A stretch of 43,746 nt of DNA from a virus (Duplodnaviria; Caudoviricetes). Under the pieces are notes generated by a model. The model searched no databases. It saw only the letters and a program-made list of their open reading frames with translations, and was not told the origin of the DNA. A program made the position numbers and the translations under genes. Numbering within the stretch: position 1 is the stretch's first letter; every line of letters starts with the position of its first letter. Where the stretch lies: IMG/VR virus record IMGVR_UViG_3300030095_001128, positions 1-43,746 of that record, one strand, 5' to 3'. Of this stretch, positions 25,166 to 33,947 are shown one piece after another.

Positions 25166-26695
25166 TTATATTGCTTGTTGTACTGGCTTTGCTGTGGAAA
25201 AACCTTTGAATAATTGTTTTAATTGATCTTGAGGGACATCACTATACAAACTTAATACAGAGAAAAAATCATTACTAAATTCATCACTACTAAAATCACC
25301 TGTATTTGGATCAATAAAGTCTCCATATTCTTTTTTAATATCATTAGATATTTTTTCAATTTCTTTGTTAAGTTTTTTTCTAGTAAAATCTCTGCTTTTT
25401 TCGTTTGGTATATTCTGAACATCTAATAATCTACTAGATAAATTTTGTAATTTCTTAATATCTTTAGCGTATTTGCGAGCTGTTTGAGGATTTTTTAACA
25501 TCTTATTTCCAATTTCAGATATATCTTTTACGTCAAAATTAGCTGTTGGTTGTGCACTAATAGTTTTACCAAGTTGCAAATCAGCAGGTTCGGTAGTGTC
25601 TTGTTCTGTTGTCTGAGGTTGAGCCTGTGCACTAGGTATATTTAGTATGTCTTGTATAGGAGTTCTACTTTCTACTTGAACGCTGTCGGGTTGTGATTCC
25701 GGTGGGGCAATTAACTTTTCAACAGCCTCATTTACATCCATATCAGCAAGAGACTCCTCAGATGAAGGCGTAAATTCATCTATATTAAAAGTATTTTCAC
25801 CCATATTTATATTAGGTTGAGATAAACCTAACTGAGAACGTGTCTCTGATTTTGTTCTAAAATTATATTCTGCCTCTGTTTCTAATTTATATTTAGGTTT
25901 ACTCATTATTTGAGATATTTTATTTTTTTGGTTTTCTATCCTAGACCCTATGCTTGGCCCACCAATACCAGATGAAATCGCACCTACTCCTTTTGCTTGC
26001 TCTTCTCGCAACTCGCTTATTGCTTTTTCTGCATCTTTCACCGCATTATAATCCGCTCTAGCTTCAGGGTCATTTAAAGTTTTCCACTCTTCTAAAGGTA
26101 TCATCCCTTGATTTTGCCTGTTAACTTTTTGAGTATTTAATTGTTCTAGTCGAAACAACTGACCATCTAAATCACTATTGTCTCCGGGTCTTATATTAAA
26201 ATCTTCTCTGAATTTTTTTAACTCTGACTTATATTGGAAAGGATCAGTGTCTGATCTACCTGCCTTTGCCCTAATCTCAGCAAATCTATCTGCTCTTCCA
26301 ACGGTGCTTTCCTGAATGGATTGAATACGTGCAACATTATCTACATCACCAAGGTTTTTAAATATTTGCAGTGCAGGTTCATACTGACCTTGAGACATAA
26401 AAGAACTTGCAATTTTTCTTTTTTCGTTTTTTTCATCCCTAACTATTTCAGCATCTAGCCTTGTCTGTCTTTTGTTATAGCGATCTTGCTCTTCTTCTGC
26501 CTGCTGTCTAGCTAATTCTTTTGAATCCTCATACCTTCTGTCTGCCAGTTGCTGTCTTTCAAGGGCTAATTGATTTCTCTGATAATCGTTAAAATAATCT
26601 GGCAGTCTATCTAAAAAGTCTGCAAGGGGATTGTCGTATTGACCGGGAGCCATACGCTGTCTTCTACTATATATACTTCTAGGGCCGTTAGCCAT
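25166..26695 (-). CDS. Internal virion / ejection protein (putative)
   Basis: 509 aa, charged helical composition, and its position. Confidence 0.55.
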   Translation of the reverse strand: MANGPRSIYSRRQRMAPGQYDNPLADFLDRLPDYFNDYQRNQLALERQQLADRRYEDSKELARQQAEEEQDRYNKRQTRLDAEIVRDEKNEKRKIASSFMSQGQYEPALQIFKNLGDVDNVARIQSIQESTVGRADRFAEIRAKAGRSDTDPFQYKSELKKFREDFNIRPGDNSDLDGQLFRLEQLNTQKVNRQNQGMIPLEEWKTLNDPEARADYNAVKDAEKAISELREEQAKGVGAISSGIGGPSIGSRIENQKNKISQIMSKPKYKLETEAEYNFRTKSETRSQLGLSQPNINMGENTFNIDEFTPSSEESLADMDVNEAVEKLIAPPESQPDSVQVESRTPIQDILNIPSAQAQPQTTEQDTTEPADLQLGKTISAQPTANFDVKDISEIGNKMLKNPQTARKYAKDIKKLQNLSSRLLDVQNIPNEKSRDFTRKKLNKEIEKISNDIKKEYGDFIDPNTGDFSSDEFSNDFFSVLSLYSDVPQDQLKQLFKGFSTAKPVQQAI

Positions 26696-28013
26696 AATCT
26701 ATATCACTTTGTTGGTCTGCTAAGCTCTGTTCATACTCATCCATAGTAATGTACCTACCTGTCTCACTATCCCAAACGTATTGAGTGCCATTAAAGGTAA
26801 CGTCACCCTGATCTGCCGTTGGTAAGGTTGAAACTGTAGGAGGAGGTGCACTGCCAAACTCTGCACCTTGATCTATCATACTAGCCGCATCTCCCAATGT
26901 CTGTGACTCAAATCCTCTAGCCGCTCTTTCTTGTGCAGTCTCAAGTTGCCCCATAGCAATTTCCCTTTGTTCTTTTTGTGCTTCTTGTGTCACACCAGAA
27001 CCAGAGAAACCCGTGCCAGCTTGCTGTGTTTGTATTTGTTTAGTACCAGATAGCAAACTGCTTTGTAAGCCAGATGCCAGTTCATTCAAAGAACTAGGAT
27101 CAAACTGTTCAAATAAAGCTAGTTGATTTGTGTTAGCTTGTATACCAGCATCTTGTAAAATTTGTTGTATATCACCAACTCCCCCACCGTACTGGTATTC
27201 AACAAGGCCACCATCTTCGTAGAACGTAGGAGTTGCTTGCGTTAGAGAAAAAGTTTCAGGTACATAATCGCTAGCCCCCAATAAAGTATCAGCAGGAGAT
27301 GCCATTGGGTTGTAAGTAGATGCAGGAAAAACAGAAGAAGGATCAAATATTTTATCACTAAACAAAGATGGGTCACCGAAAGAAGCCCCTTCCTGTACTA
27401 TTCTCTCTACGCTAGGTGCAACAGGTAACGGAGCACCTCCAAATCCCGCAAGGTCAGCAAGAGAAGATTGTAAACCACCCGCTTTTCTAGCGGCCGCTCC
27501 ATAGATACCTCCACCGGGTGCAGTCAAAGCTTGAAGACCTGCGTCAAAACCAGCCGCTACTGCTCTCTGGCCCATACCCTCGTTGAAATCTTTACTAGCT
27601 TGATTTACATCTCTAAAGTCTTGTTGAGCAAATATAGTACCGCTTCTATCGTATTGTCTACTTTTTCCAGAACCAATGCCTTCACCCAAACGCTTTCCAA
27701 GGGCAGAACCTATTGCCGCACCTGCTGGGCCAGCTACAATTGAACCCACAATACCTAACCCCTTTTGTCCAATACTACCAAATAAACCACCACGCTGTTG
27801 TCTTTTTGCTTCTTGCCTTTGAATTTGTTCTAGTCGCTTTATATCGCTCTGTCTTTGTGTTGCCTGAGCAAGCCTAGCCGCACCTCTACTAGTTTGTCCA
27901 CCAGTTTGGTACATTTGCATAAGATTGCTTGAATTACCCATATAAAAGCCACTAAGATTAGGCCCGGACTTTGTAGGCATAAAGCCTTTTGATTGTTGGG
28001 AATGTTTAATCAT
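26688..28013 (-). CDS. Internal virion / pilot-like protein (putative)
   Basis: Gly/Ala-rich GIVGSIVAGPAGAAIGSALG segment. YQTGG, YEDGG and YQYGG motifs. Confidence 0.6.
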   Translation of the reverse strand: MIKHSQQSKGFMPTKSGPNLSGFYMGNSSNLMQMYQTGGQTSRGAARLAQATQRQSDIKRLEQIQRQEAKRQQRGGLFGSIGQKGLGIVGSIVAGPAGAAIGSALGKRLGEGIGSGKSRQYDRSGTIFAQQDFRDVNQASKDFNEGMGQRAVAAGFDAGLQALTAPGGGIYGAAARKAGGLQSSLADLAGFGGAPLPVAPSVERIVQEGASFGDPSLFSDKIFDPSSVFPASTYNPMASPADTLLGASDYVPETFSLTQATPTFYEDGGLVEYQYGGGVGDIQQILQDAGIQANTNQLALFEQFDPSSLNELASGLQSSLLSGTKQIQTQQAGTGFSGSGVTQEAQKEQREIAMGQLETAQERAARGFESQTLGDAASMIDQGAEFGSAPPPTVSTLPTADQGDVTFNGTQYVWDSETGRYITMDEYEQSLADQQSDIDYG

Positions 28014-28046
28014 GGTATAATTCCTTTGAATTTAATACAACTTTTA

Positions 28047-28721
28047 TCATATTTCCACCTCTACTCGCCAAACTGATGAAACAAAAAACTCTTGAGAACT
28101 TGTAGTGATACCTGTATCTGATGCAGTGATTGATATAAGGGCAACATCATTAGGCTCAATAACTGGTGAGTTATTCCAATCAGACTCATTTATTGTTATA
28201 ATAGTATGATCTACAGTTGTAGGAGAATAAGTAAAATTACAAATCTCATCTATTGTGTCATCACCGTCATCCATCTTTTTAATTTTAAAAACTATATTGT
28301 CGGTGTTGTCTTGTATTCCCGGTACTTTAAACAATATCCTCGAACAATGCATTTTAAATGGACTTAAGAAACCAACATCACCCCTACTCGCTGTTAAATC
28401 TGTAGTACTAGCCCAAGGTAAAAATGTTTCATTTATATCTAAGTCTTTAGCAAAATTGTGTATAAAAACACGATAGTCTACGAACTTATGTGAATACTTT
28501 AATGTATTAGCAGTTAATGTTCTGTCAACATATTGATCTCCATTATTAGACATATACGATTTCCACAACTGACCAAACTTCTTTCTATATATTGCCAACT
28601 GGCTATTTGATTTCTTCTCAATAGCAATCTGCCCCTCTACCATGCCGTTTAAAGATGGCTTGCCTTGAAACTCCACAGAGGCTTGTTTTGTGTTTTGGAT
28701 TCTTCTGGTATCTCTATCCAT
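28047..28721 (-). CDS. Putative tail-associated structural protein
   Basis: 224 aa, beta-rich C-terminal domain, TAATG-coupled to the nozzle gene. Confidence 0.5.
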   Translation of the reverse strand: MDRDTRRIQNTKQASVEFQGKPSLNGMVEGQIAIEKKSNSQLAIYRKKFGQLWKSYMSNNGDQYVDRTLTANTLKYSHKFVDYRVFIHNFAKDLDINETFLPWASTTDLTASRGDVGFLSPFKMHCSRILFKVPGIQDNTDNIVFKIKKMDDGDDTIDEICNFTYSPTTVDHTIITINESDWNNSPVIEPNDVALISITASDTGITTSSQEFFVSSVWRVEVEI

Positions 28722-31534
28722 TAGGTAACATTTTTGTTTCTAATATATCTGTATTCAATGCTAATATCATTAAACTCGTATACTCCAGATGTAGTAGCCG
28801 CAAACTGTACTTGTAAGCTTTGACATTCTATAGTGGAAGATGGAGTTAATGTTACCACGTCCCATGCACCACTGGTATCTGCTAAGTTACCTGTAAATGT
28901 ACCGCCACCATCACCAGAAAAATTTTGCTTACCGTCAATAGCGTATTTAAAAGGAGTTGTTACAGAGCCATTAGATTTGTAAGTAACAATAACTTTGTAT
29001 ACTTTTTTAATAATACCGGGCTCACCAAAATCTATATCTCTTGTAATAAATACTTGATGTGCATTTGCGAGGCTAATAGGTAAAAACTTTTTAAAATCAG
29101 TTGTTGTATCTGAAACACTAATGCTTGTAGCCACTATTAAATTATTATTCCAGTCTGTAGAGAAATTACTATAAAGGTTACTATCCGCAAAAATTAGATC
29201 GTGAAACAACCATCCATCTGAATCAAAATCGTAAACCCAACCCTCATCTGAATTATCAGAAGAGTCATTTGGGCTTCTCATAATAATTAAAGAATTGCTA
29301 ATGCTGTCGTACCCAATCATGGGGTCTTTTACGTTTGCTGTACCACGATACCATGCGTTCCATGTTTTATCTGCACCTGTTCCAAGAAAAGAAGCTTTGC
29401 TAACCGCTAACTTATCTTTAATAAGGTTTGTAACTTTCTCACCGTCATATATGTAACATCCATCTTCTGCAACCCAAGCTATACCATACTTTGTTTTCGT
29501 TACACTAAAATTTTTATTTACACCAGAATATTTTATTGTTTCTTCTAAATACCAACCTGCTGGGCTAGGGCTTGCTATATTGATGATATGAACTAGATTA
29601 TGCTTAAAGGCTACCAACCTATCGGCATAAGCTTGTAAGGCCGTGTACACCCCATAGTCGCCCTTAGAAACGTCTATAAAATTATGTGGCAGTATCGTGT
29701 CAAACTTATTGATCTCGCTATACATAATCCTATCACCAAAAGTTTCTAGCTCCCCAGAAGAACCAATAACTCTTACGTTTCCTATAAAAGTTCTTCGATT
29801 TTCTACAATAGAAGCTTGATACGACTCCCCTGCTCCTCCTAATGATACGTACTTTACGTCTGGTGAAAATCCATTTATTGTTGTATAGGTATCTAAGTTT
29901 GGCTTACTTGCGTTTCCTGTAGCATCTGCAACCACACAAAAACCTTTATCAACAGCGGTAGCATTTTCTGTCCAAGCTACATGATCTCCATCTATAGTGG
30001 TTCGTACGCCTTTTACAATATCTATATCTGCAAGCAAAGCTAACTCATTATCTGTATTGGCTTTTCTGATGTAGATTCTTCCACCAGATATTCTGCCGGA
30101 ATATGCAACGTCAGCATACACAGAAACCCTCATGGACTTACCTGCTGTTTGCGTATGAGTAAATGCCGCTATGGTGGCCGCACCGTTCCCCACTCTAACA
30201 GGCACAGACTCTTGATTTCCGTCGTATAAAAAACTTTGATAAAATTCATACGTCAACCCTTCCCAATCCCCATCTGCTGTGCCGTCACTAACGCCTATGT
30301 TGAAACCTACGCCTCTTCTCAATATAGGTGTTTCATTATCTGAATAGCTATCTGACCCTAAACCGCCATAGTCTCTCTCATACTGAACATTAGCCGCTAA
30401 ACCAGCCGCAGGCTTTGTACAAAATAATATTTCTGTTGGTCTGACATCATAGTCTGTGTTAACCGTTATCAGTTCACCAGCAAAGTTTTGATCTAAAACA
30501 TCATTAGTTCCATCGTCAAAAATAAAAGAGTTAGAAGTTGTATTTACGGCCCCATCCAGTAACAAAGCAGTATCACTTGCATTCCTTAATTTTCTAGCTA
30601 CACCTCTTGATTTGTTACTAGCCTCAATAAAATAAGCCCCTGCTGTGTCAGCCGCATGAGTTGTGTGACCAAATGATATTGTAAGACTAGCACTATTTGT
30701 TTCTGGTGATCTTAATACACTTGAGTGCTCTTGCCACTCTGCAATCGTCAATCCTAAATTATGATTAAATTGATTTCTTTGTATATACCCAAACCATTTT
30801 ATGATGCTTGTGTTAGTAGTTTCTGTATCGCATACTCGTAGAACCTCATCTACAAAATGATATATGTATTTAGCACCATTTATACCTGCTAGCGTTGGGT
30901 TTATTTTTCTGCTAGTCCAACCATTACCTGTTTGGGTGTAATCTGTAGTGGCATTATTAGACCAAACATCTACACCAGCCGCATTTGCACTTGTACCTCT
31001 TTTTCCCAATGCACACATTTTATCACCGGTAGATCGAATGACTCGTATAGTAGGATTAACAGCAGTGTCGTCTTCATTAGTAATGCCAGTTCCTTTTAGT
31101 ACATAGTATACATCTCTATCACCAAAGGTTAAGGTTGTTCCTCCAGAAACATTCGATAATGTTGCATCTGATATTTCAAAAGTAGCAGGATCACTTGTTT
31201 GAGTCACGGAAGCAACAACTGTTCCAGCTTTTATATTAGTTCCACTTACAGACAGGCCAGCAGTTATGTTTGTATTGGCCCCATCCATTATAATTGTTGT
31301 CGTTGGAGTAGGTAATGCGGTAGACCTCGTATTGTCTGTAAATGTACTACCTAAACCAGAACCACTATTTAAGTTGTCCACCACCTGAGCAACTAAAAAA
31401 ATACCATTGTTTTCTTCCGTACCTGTAACCTTTACTAAATCACCAACCTTAATTAAACTGCTGGTAAATATAGTGCTTATAGTAGAGGTTGCACCACCTA
31501 CTAGTTTTAGATATGAAGTTGAAGGTATTGGCAT
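28721..31534 (-). CDS. Tail nozzle / DNA stabilization protein (main part)
   Basis: 937 aa beta-propeller-like: RTFIGNV, RIMYSEINKFD, LVAFK, GCYIYDG, ITRDIDFGEPG. Confidence 0.7.
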   Translation of the reverse strand: MPIPSTSYLKLVGGATSTISTIFTSSLIKVGDLVKVTGTEENNGIFLVAQVVDNLNSGSGLGSTFTDNTRSTALPTPTTTIIMDGANTNITAGLSVSGTNIKAGTVVASVTQTSDPATFEISDATLSNVSGGTTLTFGDRDVYYVLKGTGITNEDDTAVNPTIRVIRSTGDKMCALGKRGTSANAAGVDVWSNNATTDYTQTGNGWTSRKINPTLAGINGAKYIYHFVDEVLRVCDTETTNTSIIKWFGYIQRNQFNHNLGLTIAEWQEHSSVLRSPETNSASLTISFGHTTHAADTAGAYFIEASNKSRGVARKLRNASDTALLLDGAVNTTSNSFIFDDGTNDVLDQNFAGELITVNTDYDVRPTEILFCTKPAAGLAANVQYERDYGGLGSDSYSDNETPILRRGVGFNIGVSDGTADGDWEGLTYEFYQSFLYDGNQESVPVRVGNGAATIAAFTHTQTAGKSMRVSVYADVAYSGRISGGRIYIRKANTDNELALLADIDIVKGVRTTIDGDHVAWTENATAVDKGFCVVADATGNASKPNLDTYTTINGFSPDVKYVSLGGAGESYQASIVENRRTFIGNVRVIGSSGELETFGDRIMYSEINKFDTILPHNFIDVSKGDYGVYTALQAYADRLVAFKHNLVHIINIASPSPAGWYLEETIKYSGVNKNFSVTKTKYGIAWVAEDGCYIYDGEKVTNLIKDKLAVSKASFLGTGADKTWNAWYRGTANVKDPMIGYDSISNSLIIMRSPNDSSDNSDEGWVYDFDSDGWLFHDLIFADSNLYSNFSTDWNNNLIVATSISVSDTTTDFKKFLPISLANAHQVFITRDIDFGEPGIIKKVYKVIVTYKSNGSVTTPFKYAIDGKQNFSGDGGGTFTGNLADTSGAWDVVTLTPSSTIECQSLQVQFAATTSGVYEFNDISIEYRYIRNKNVT

Positions 31535-31939
31535 CTACAGACCACTTCCTTGCTCCGGTGCTTGCGTATTACCGTCTGGATTTGTAGCCACCTGAACAAA
31601 GGCTATATTACCATCACTTGTCCCGACGGTTAAAGCTGTGCCGCTTTTGGTCTCTGTAATTGTTTGATCTGCATCCTTACTATGATCTGATTCAAAATAA
31701 AACAATCCAAAACCTCCTAAAACCGTATTGCCAACAGAAGGAATGTATTGAGTTAAATTAGTAGAGCCATCAGAGTCTTCAATGTGATTGTACAATCCAC
31801 CAGCAGTTTTTATTTTTCCCAATGCATCAATAGACATATTTTTAATAAATGGATATTGCCTGTCTGGTAAGTCCCTAGGGTCTTTGCGGTTATTCATACC
31901 ACCAGACCAATCATTTATTTTATATATTTGCTTAGGCAT
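31535..31939 (-). CDS. Tail nozzle N-terminal-like protein
   Basis: INDWSGGMN...DPRDL...NMSID..GKIKT resembles the N-terminus of nozzle proteins. Confidence 0.6.
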   Translation of the reverse strand: MPKQIYKINDWSGGMNNRKDPRDLPDRQYPFIKNMSIDALGKIKTAGGLYNHIEDSDGSTNLTQYIPSVGNTVLGGFGLFYFESDHSKDADQTITETKSGTALTVGTSDGNIAFVQVATNPDGNTQAPEQGSGL

Positions 31940-32166
31940 TACTTACCTTTAAATACACCTTCTAACATATCTGTCATTACATCAACTAATTTTTCAAAAA
32001 GCTCCTGCTCTTTTTCTTCATTAATCCAAGGTAAATTGACACGTTTATTAATTTTTGTAGCCAAGCTCTCTGTGAACTCATCTGATGCTAAATGCTTTAA
32101 TGCTTCTTCCTGCATTCTTTCTGCTTGCTCTTCTGCTAACTTCACTAGCATTGCTTTCATATCCAT
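31939..32166 (-). CDS. Hypothetical protein
   Basis: 75 aa, INKRVNLPWINEEKEQELF. Confidence 0.7.
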   Translation of the reverse strand: MDMKAMLVKLAEEQAERMQEEALKHLASDEFTESLATKINKRVNLPWINEEKEQELFEKLVDVMTDMLEGVFKGK

Positions 32167-32313
32167 TTAACTTTCCTTTATTTTCTTGGTTTTTAAATAC
32201 AGATAGTATATCTGCACTGAAAACATTATACACATAAGAACACCAGACAATAAATCTGTCCAGTATACAACCCCTAAGCTTGTGCTTAGTCCTGTTACTT
32301 TTAAGCTATCCAT
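32167..32313 (-). CDS. Small membrane protein, holin-like (48 aa, not in ORF track)
   Basis: MDSLKVTGLSTSLGVVYWTDLLSGVLMCIMFSVQIYYLYLKTKKIKES, TAATG-coupled. Confidence 0.55.
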   Translation of the reverse strand: MDSLKVTGLSTSLGVVYWTDLLSGVLMCIMFSVQIYYLYLKTKKIKES

Positions 32314-32630
32314 TAATGCTTCCCATTTATTCTACTTAGTGAACCTTTTATCTCAGACACTTGATTGTCTAAGTCATTTATCTCTTTTGTAAGAGCATCA
32401 AATTTCCTATCTAGCTTATCATCACTGGCATTCCATCTCGTAATAAGTTTGATAATCATACCCTCTGTATTTTCTAAGGTCTCTGACTGGCCCTTGTTTT
32501 CTACTTTTAGGTTTTCAAGAGTTTCTTGTTGCTGTGCTGATTTATTACTAAGTGATACGACTAAATATACAAACATTGCACCTACAACGCCTATCATTCC
32601 CGCTTCACCATATAATTGTAAAAAATCCAC
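32313..32630 (-). CDS. Membrane-anchored coiled-coil protein (lysis cluster)
   Basis: N-terminal TM segment followed by a coiled coil. Confidence 0.65.
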   Translation of the reverse strand: MDFLQLYGEAGMIGVVGAMFVYLVVSLSNKSAQQQETLENLKVENKGQSETLENTEGMIIKLITRWNASDDKLDRKFDALTKEINDLDNQVSEIKGSLSRINGKH

Positions 32631-32632
32631 CC

Positions 32633-32755
32633 TTACCCCTTAATGCATTTTAAAAATTGTCTTATAATTCTTTTAATATTTTTTTGATTACCTTGGTTTC
32701 TTGCTAATAATACAAGAGTTTTTTCCCTTACTAATGCCTCTTGTACTTCGCTCAT
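32633..32755 (-). CDS. Small hypothetical protein (40 aa, not in ORF track)
   Basis: MSEVQEALVREKTLVLLARNQGNQKNIKRIIRQFLKCIKG fills the gap with an ATGA overlap. Confidence 0.5.
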   Translation of the reverse strand: MSEVQEALVREKTLVLLARNQGNQKNIKRIIRQFLKCIKG

Positions 32756-33072
32756 TTCTTCTTACGCTTTCCCCAACTTAATGGATTGATATTAAATTCT
32801 TTTTCGTAAAAGGCTACTTTTTCTGCCAACTCTTGTCTTTCAGCCCTTTCTTCCACGATGTGTTTATTAAGTAAATCCCCAATTTGTTCATTTGCAACAG
32901 TAACATTGTCTTCAAGTTTAGCAATTCTTGTTTCAATTTGCCAGTAACCATATACCAACATTCCGATAAGAACGCCAATTTGAGCCAACCACTTAAGATT
33001 AATGCTAACAATGGCATTATCATCAAGGACAGTAGCACGATAACTTCTAGCGGTATCTGGCTTCTCACTCAC
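32752..33072 (-). CDS. Membrane-anchored coiled-coil protein (possible i-spanin-like)
   Basis: TM WLAQIGVLIGMLVYGYW followed by a coiled coil. Confidence 0.6.
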   Translation of the reverse strand: MSEKPDTARSYRATVLDDNAIVSINLKWLAQIGVLIGMLVYGYWQIETRIAKLEDNVTVANEQIGDLLNKHIVEERAERQELAEKVAFYEKEFNINPLSWGKRKKK

Positions 33073-33332
33073 TTTACCCTAATGTCTTCCCATTCATCAT
33101 GCTTATAACACCAATTTGCATGATTGTTTACTCTTCCATGATACCAATGAGTTACAGAATCTTGATCCACTATTTCCACAAAAACCGTATTGGTTAATGT
33201 GTCTTGAGGGGATAACTCATATCCCCCCACAGACCAACCTGTTGAACAATTAGTCAACATAGATATACCGAACAGGAATATCGTAAGATGTGCTAACGCT
33301 ATCTTCTTGTTTGTATTCAACCACGAAGTCAC
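33069..33332 (-). CDS. Putative lipoprotein
   Basis: Hydrophobic signal followed by a lipobox-like LTN-C. Start uncertain. Confidence 0.5.
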   Translation of the reverse strand: MTSWLNTNKKIALAHLTIFLFGISMLTNCSTGWSVGGYELSPQDTLTNTVFVEIVDQDSVTHWYHGRVNNHANWCYKHDEWEDIRVK

Positions 33333-33334
33333 CG

Positions 33335-33580
33335 TTACTTCTCTTTCTTATCGTCTTGTTCATCTTCCTTATCTACACTAGCTTGCAAAGCATCTACAAA
33401 AGCCTGCTTTCCAAAACGTAACTGCTGAAGATTAAATTCAGAAGATTGAATTTTTCTCTCTAAATCAGCTACATGATTAATCATTACTTTCTGTTCATCA
33501 GATAGTTCTGATTCTTTATACTCTTTGTCAAAAAGAGTGATTATCTGTTCCTTAGGCATTTCTTTTTCTTTTTTTGCCAT
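33335..33580 (-). CDS. Small coiled-coil protein downstream of the fibre
   Basis: AAGGAG RBS, KEYKESELSDEQK motif. Confidence 0.75.
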   Translation of the reverse strand: MAKKEKEMPKEQIITLFDKEYKESELSDEQKVMINHVADLERKIQSSEFNLQQLRFGKQAFVDALQASVDKEDEQDDKKEK

Positions 33581-33602
33581 TAGTAACTCCTTGTTTTGTT
33601 AA

Positions 33603-33929
33603 TTAAAGTTTCTTGAAATCAGCGATTGCAGAGGCTAATCCATCTGAATATTCTTTTGCTCTTGCCATATCAGCATCATATCTTGCTTTTTCAGATTCTA
33701 ATTCTGCTAAAGAATATTCTCTTTCACTATCAGCTAATGCTTCACCACTTTCAGCATCCCATCTTTTCTCTATCATAGCAATGTATGCTTCTTTCTTCTC
33801 TGCTACTGCTTGACGTACAACTTTGCCATCATCATCTTTTACTTCTGATACAGCTTCTTGCACTACTTTTTCTTTGCTTTTAAAATCGGCTGTTTTACCT
33901 TTCTTATCAGCGTATTTTGCCCAATTCAT
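33603..33929 (-). CDS. Hypothetical protein (possible fibre assembly factor)
   Basis: AAGGAG RBS, directly downstream of the fibre gene. Confidence 0.7.
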   Translation of the reverse strand: MNWAKYADKKGKTADFKSKEKVVQEAVSEVKDDDGKVVRQAVAEKKEAYIAMIEKRWDAESGEALADSEREYSLAELESEKARYDADMARAKEYSDGLASAIADFKKL

Positions 33930-33947
33930 TATGAGACTCCTTGTTTG

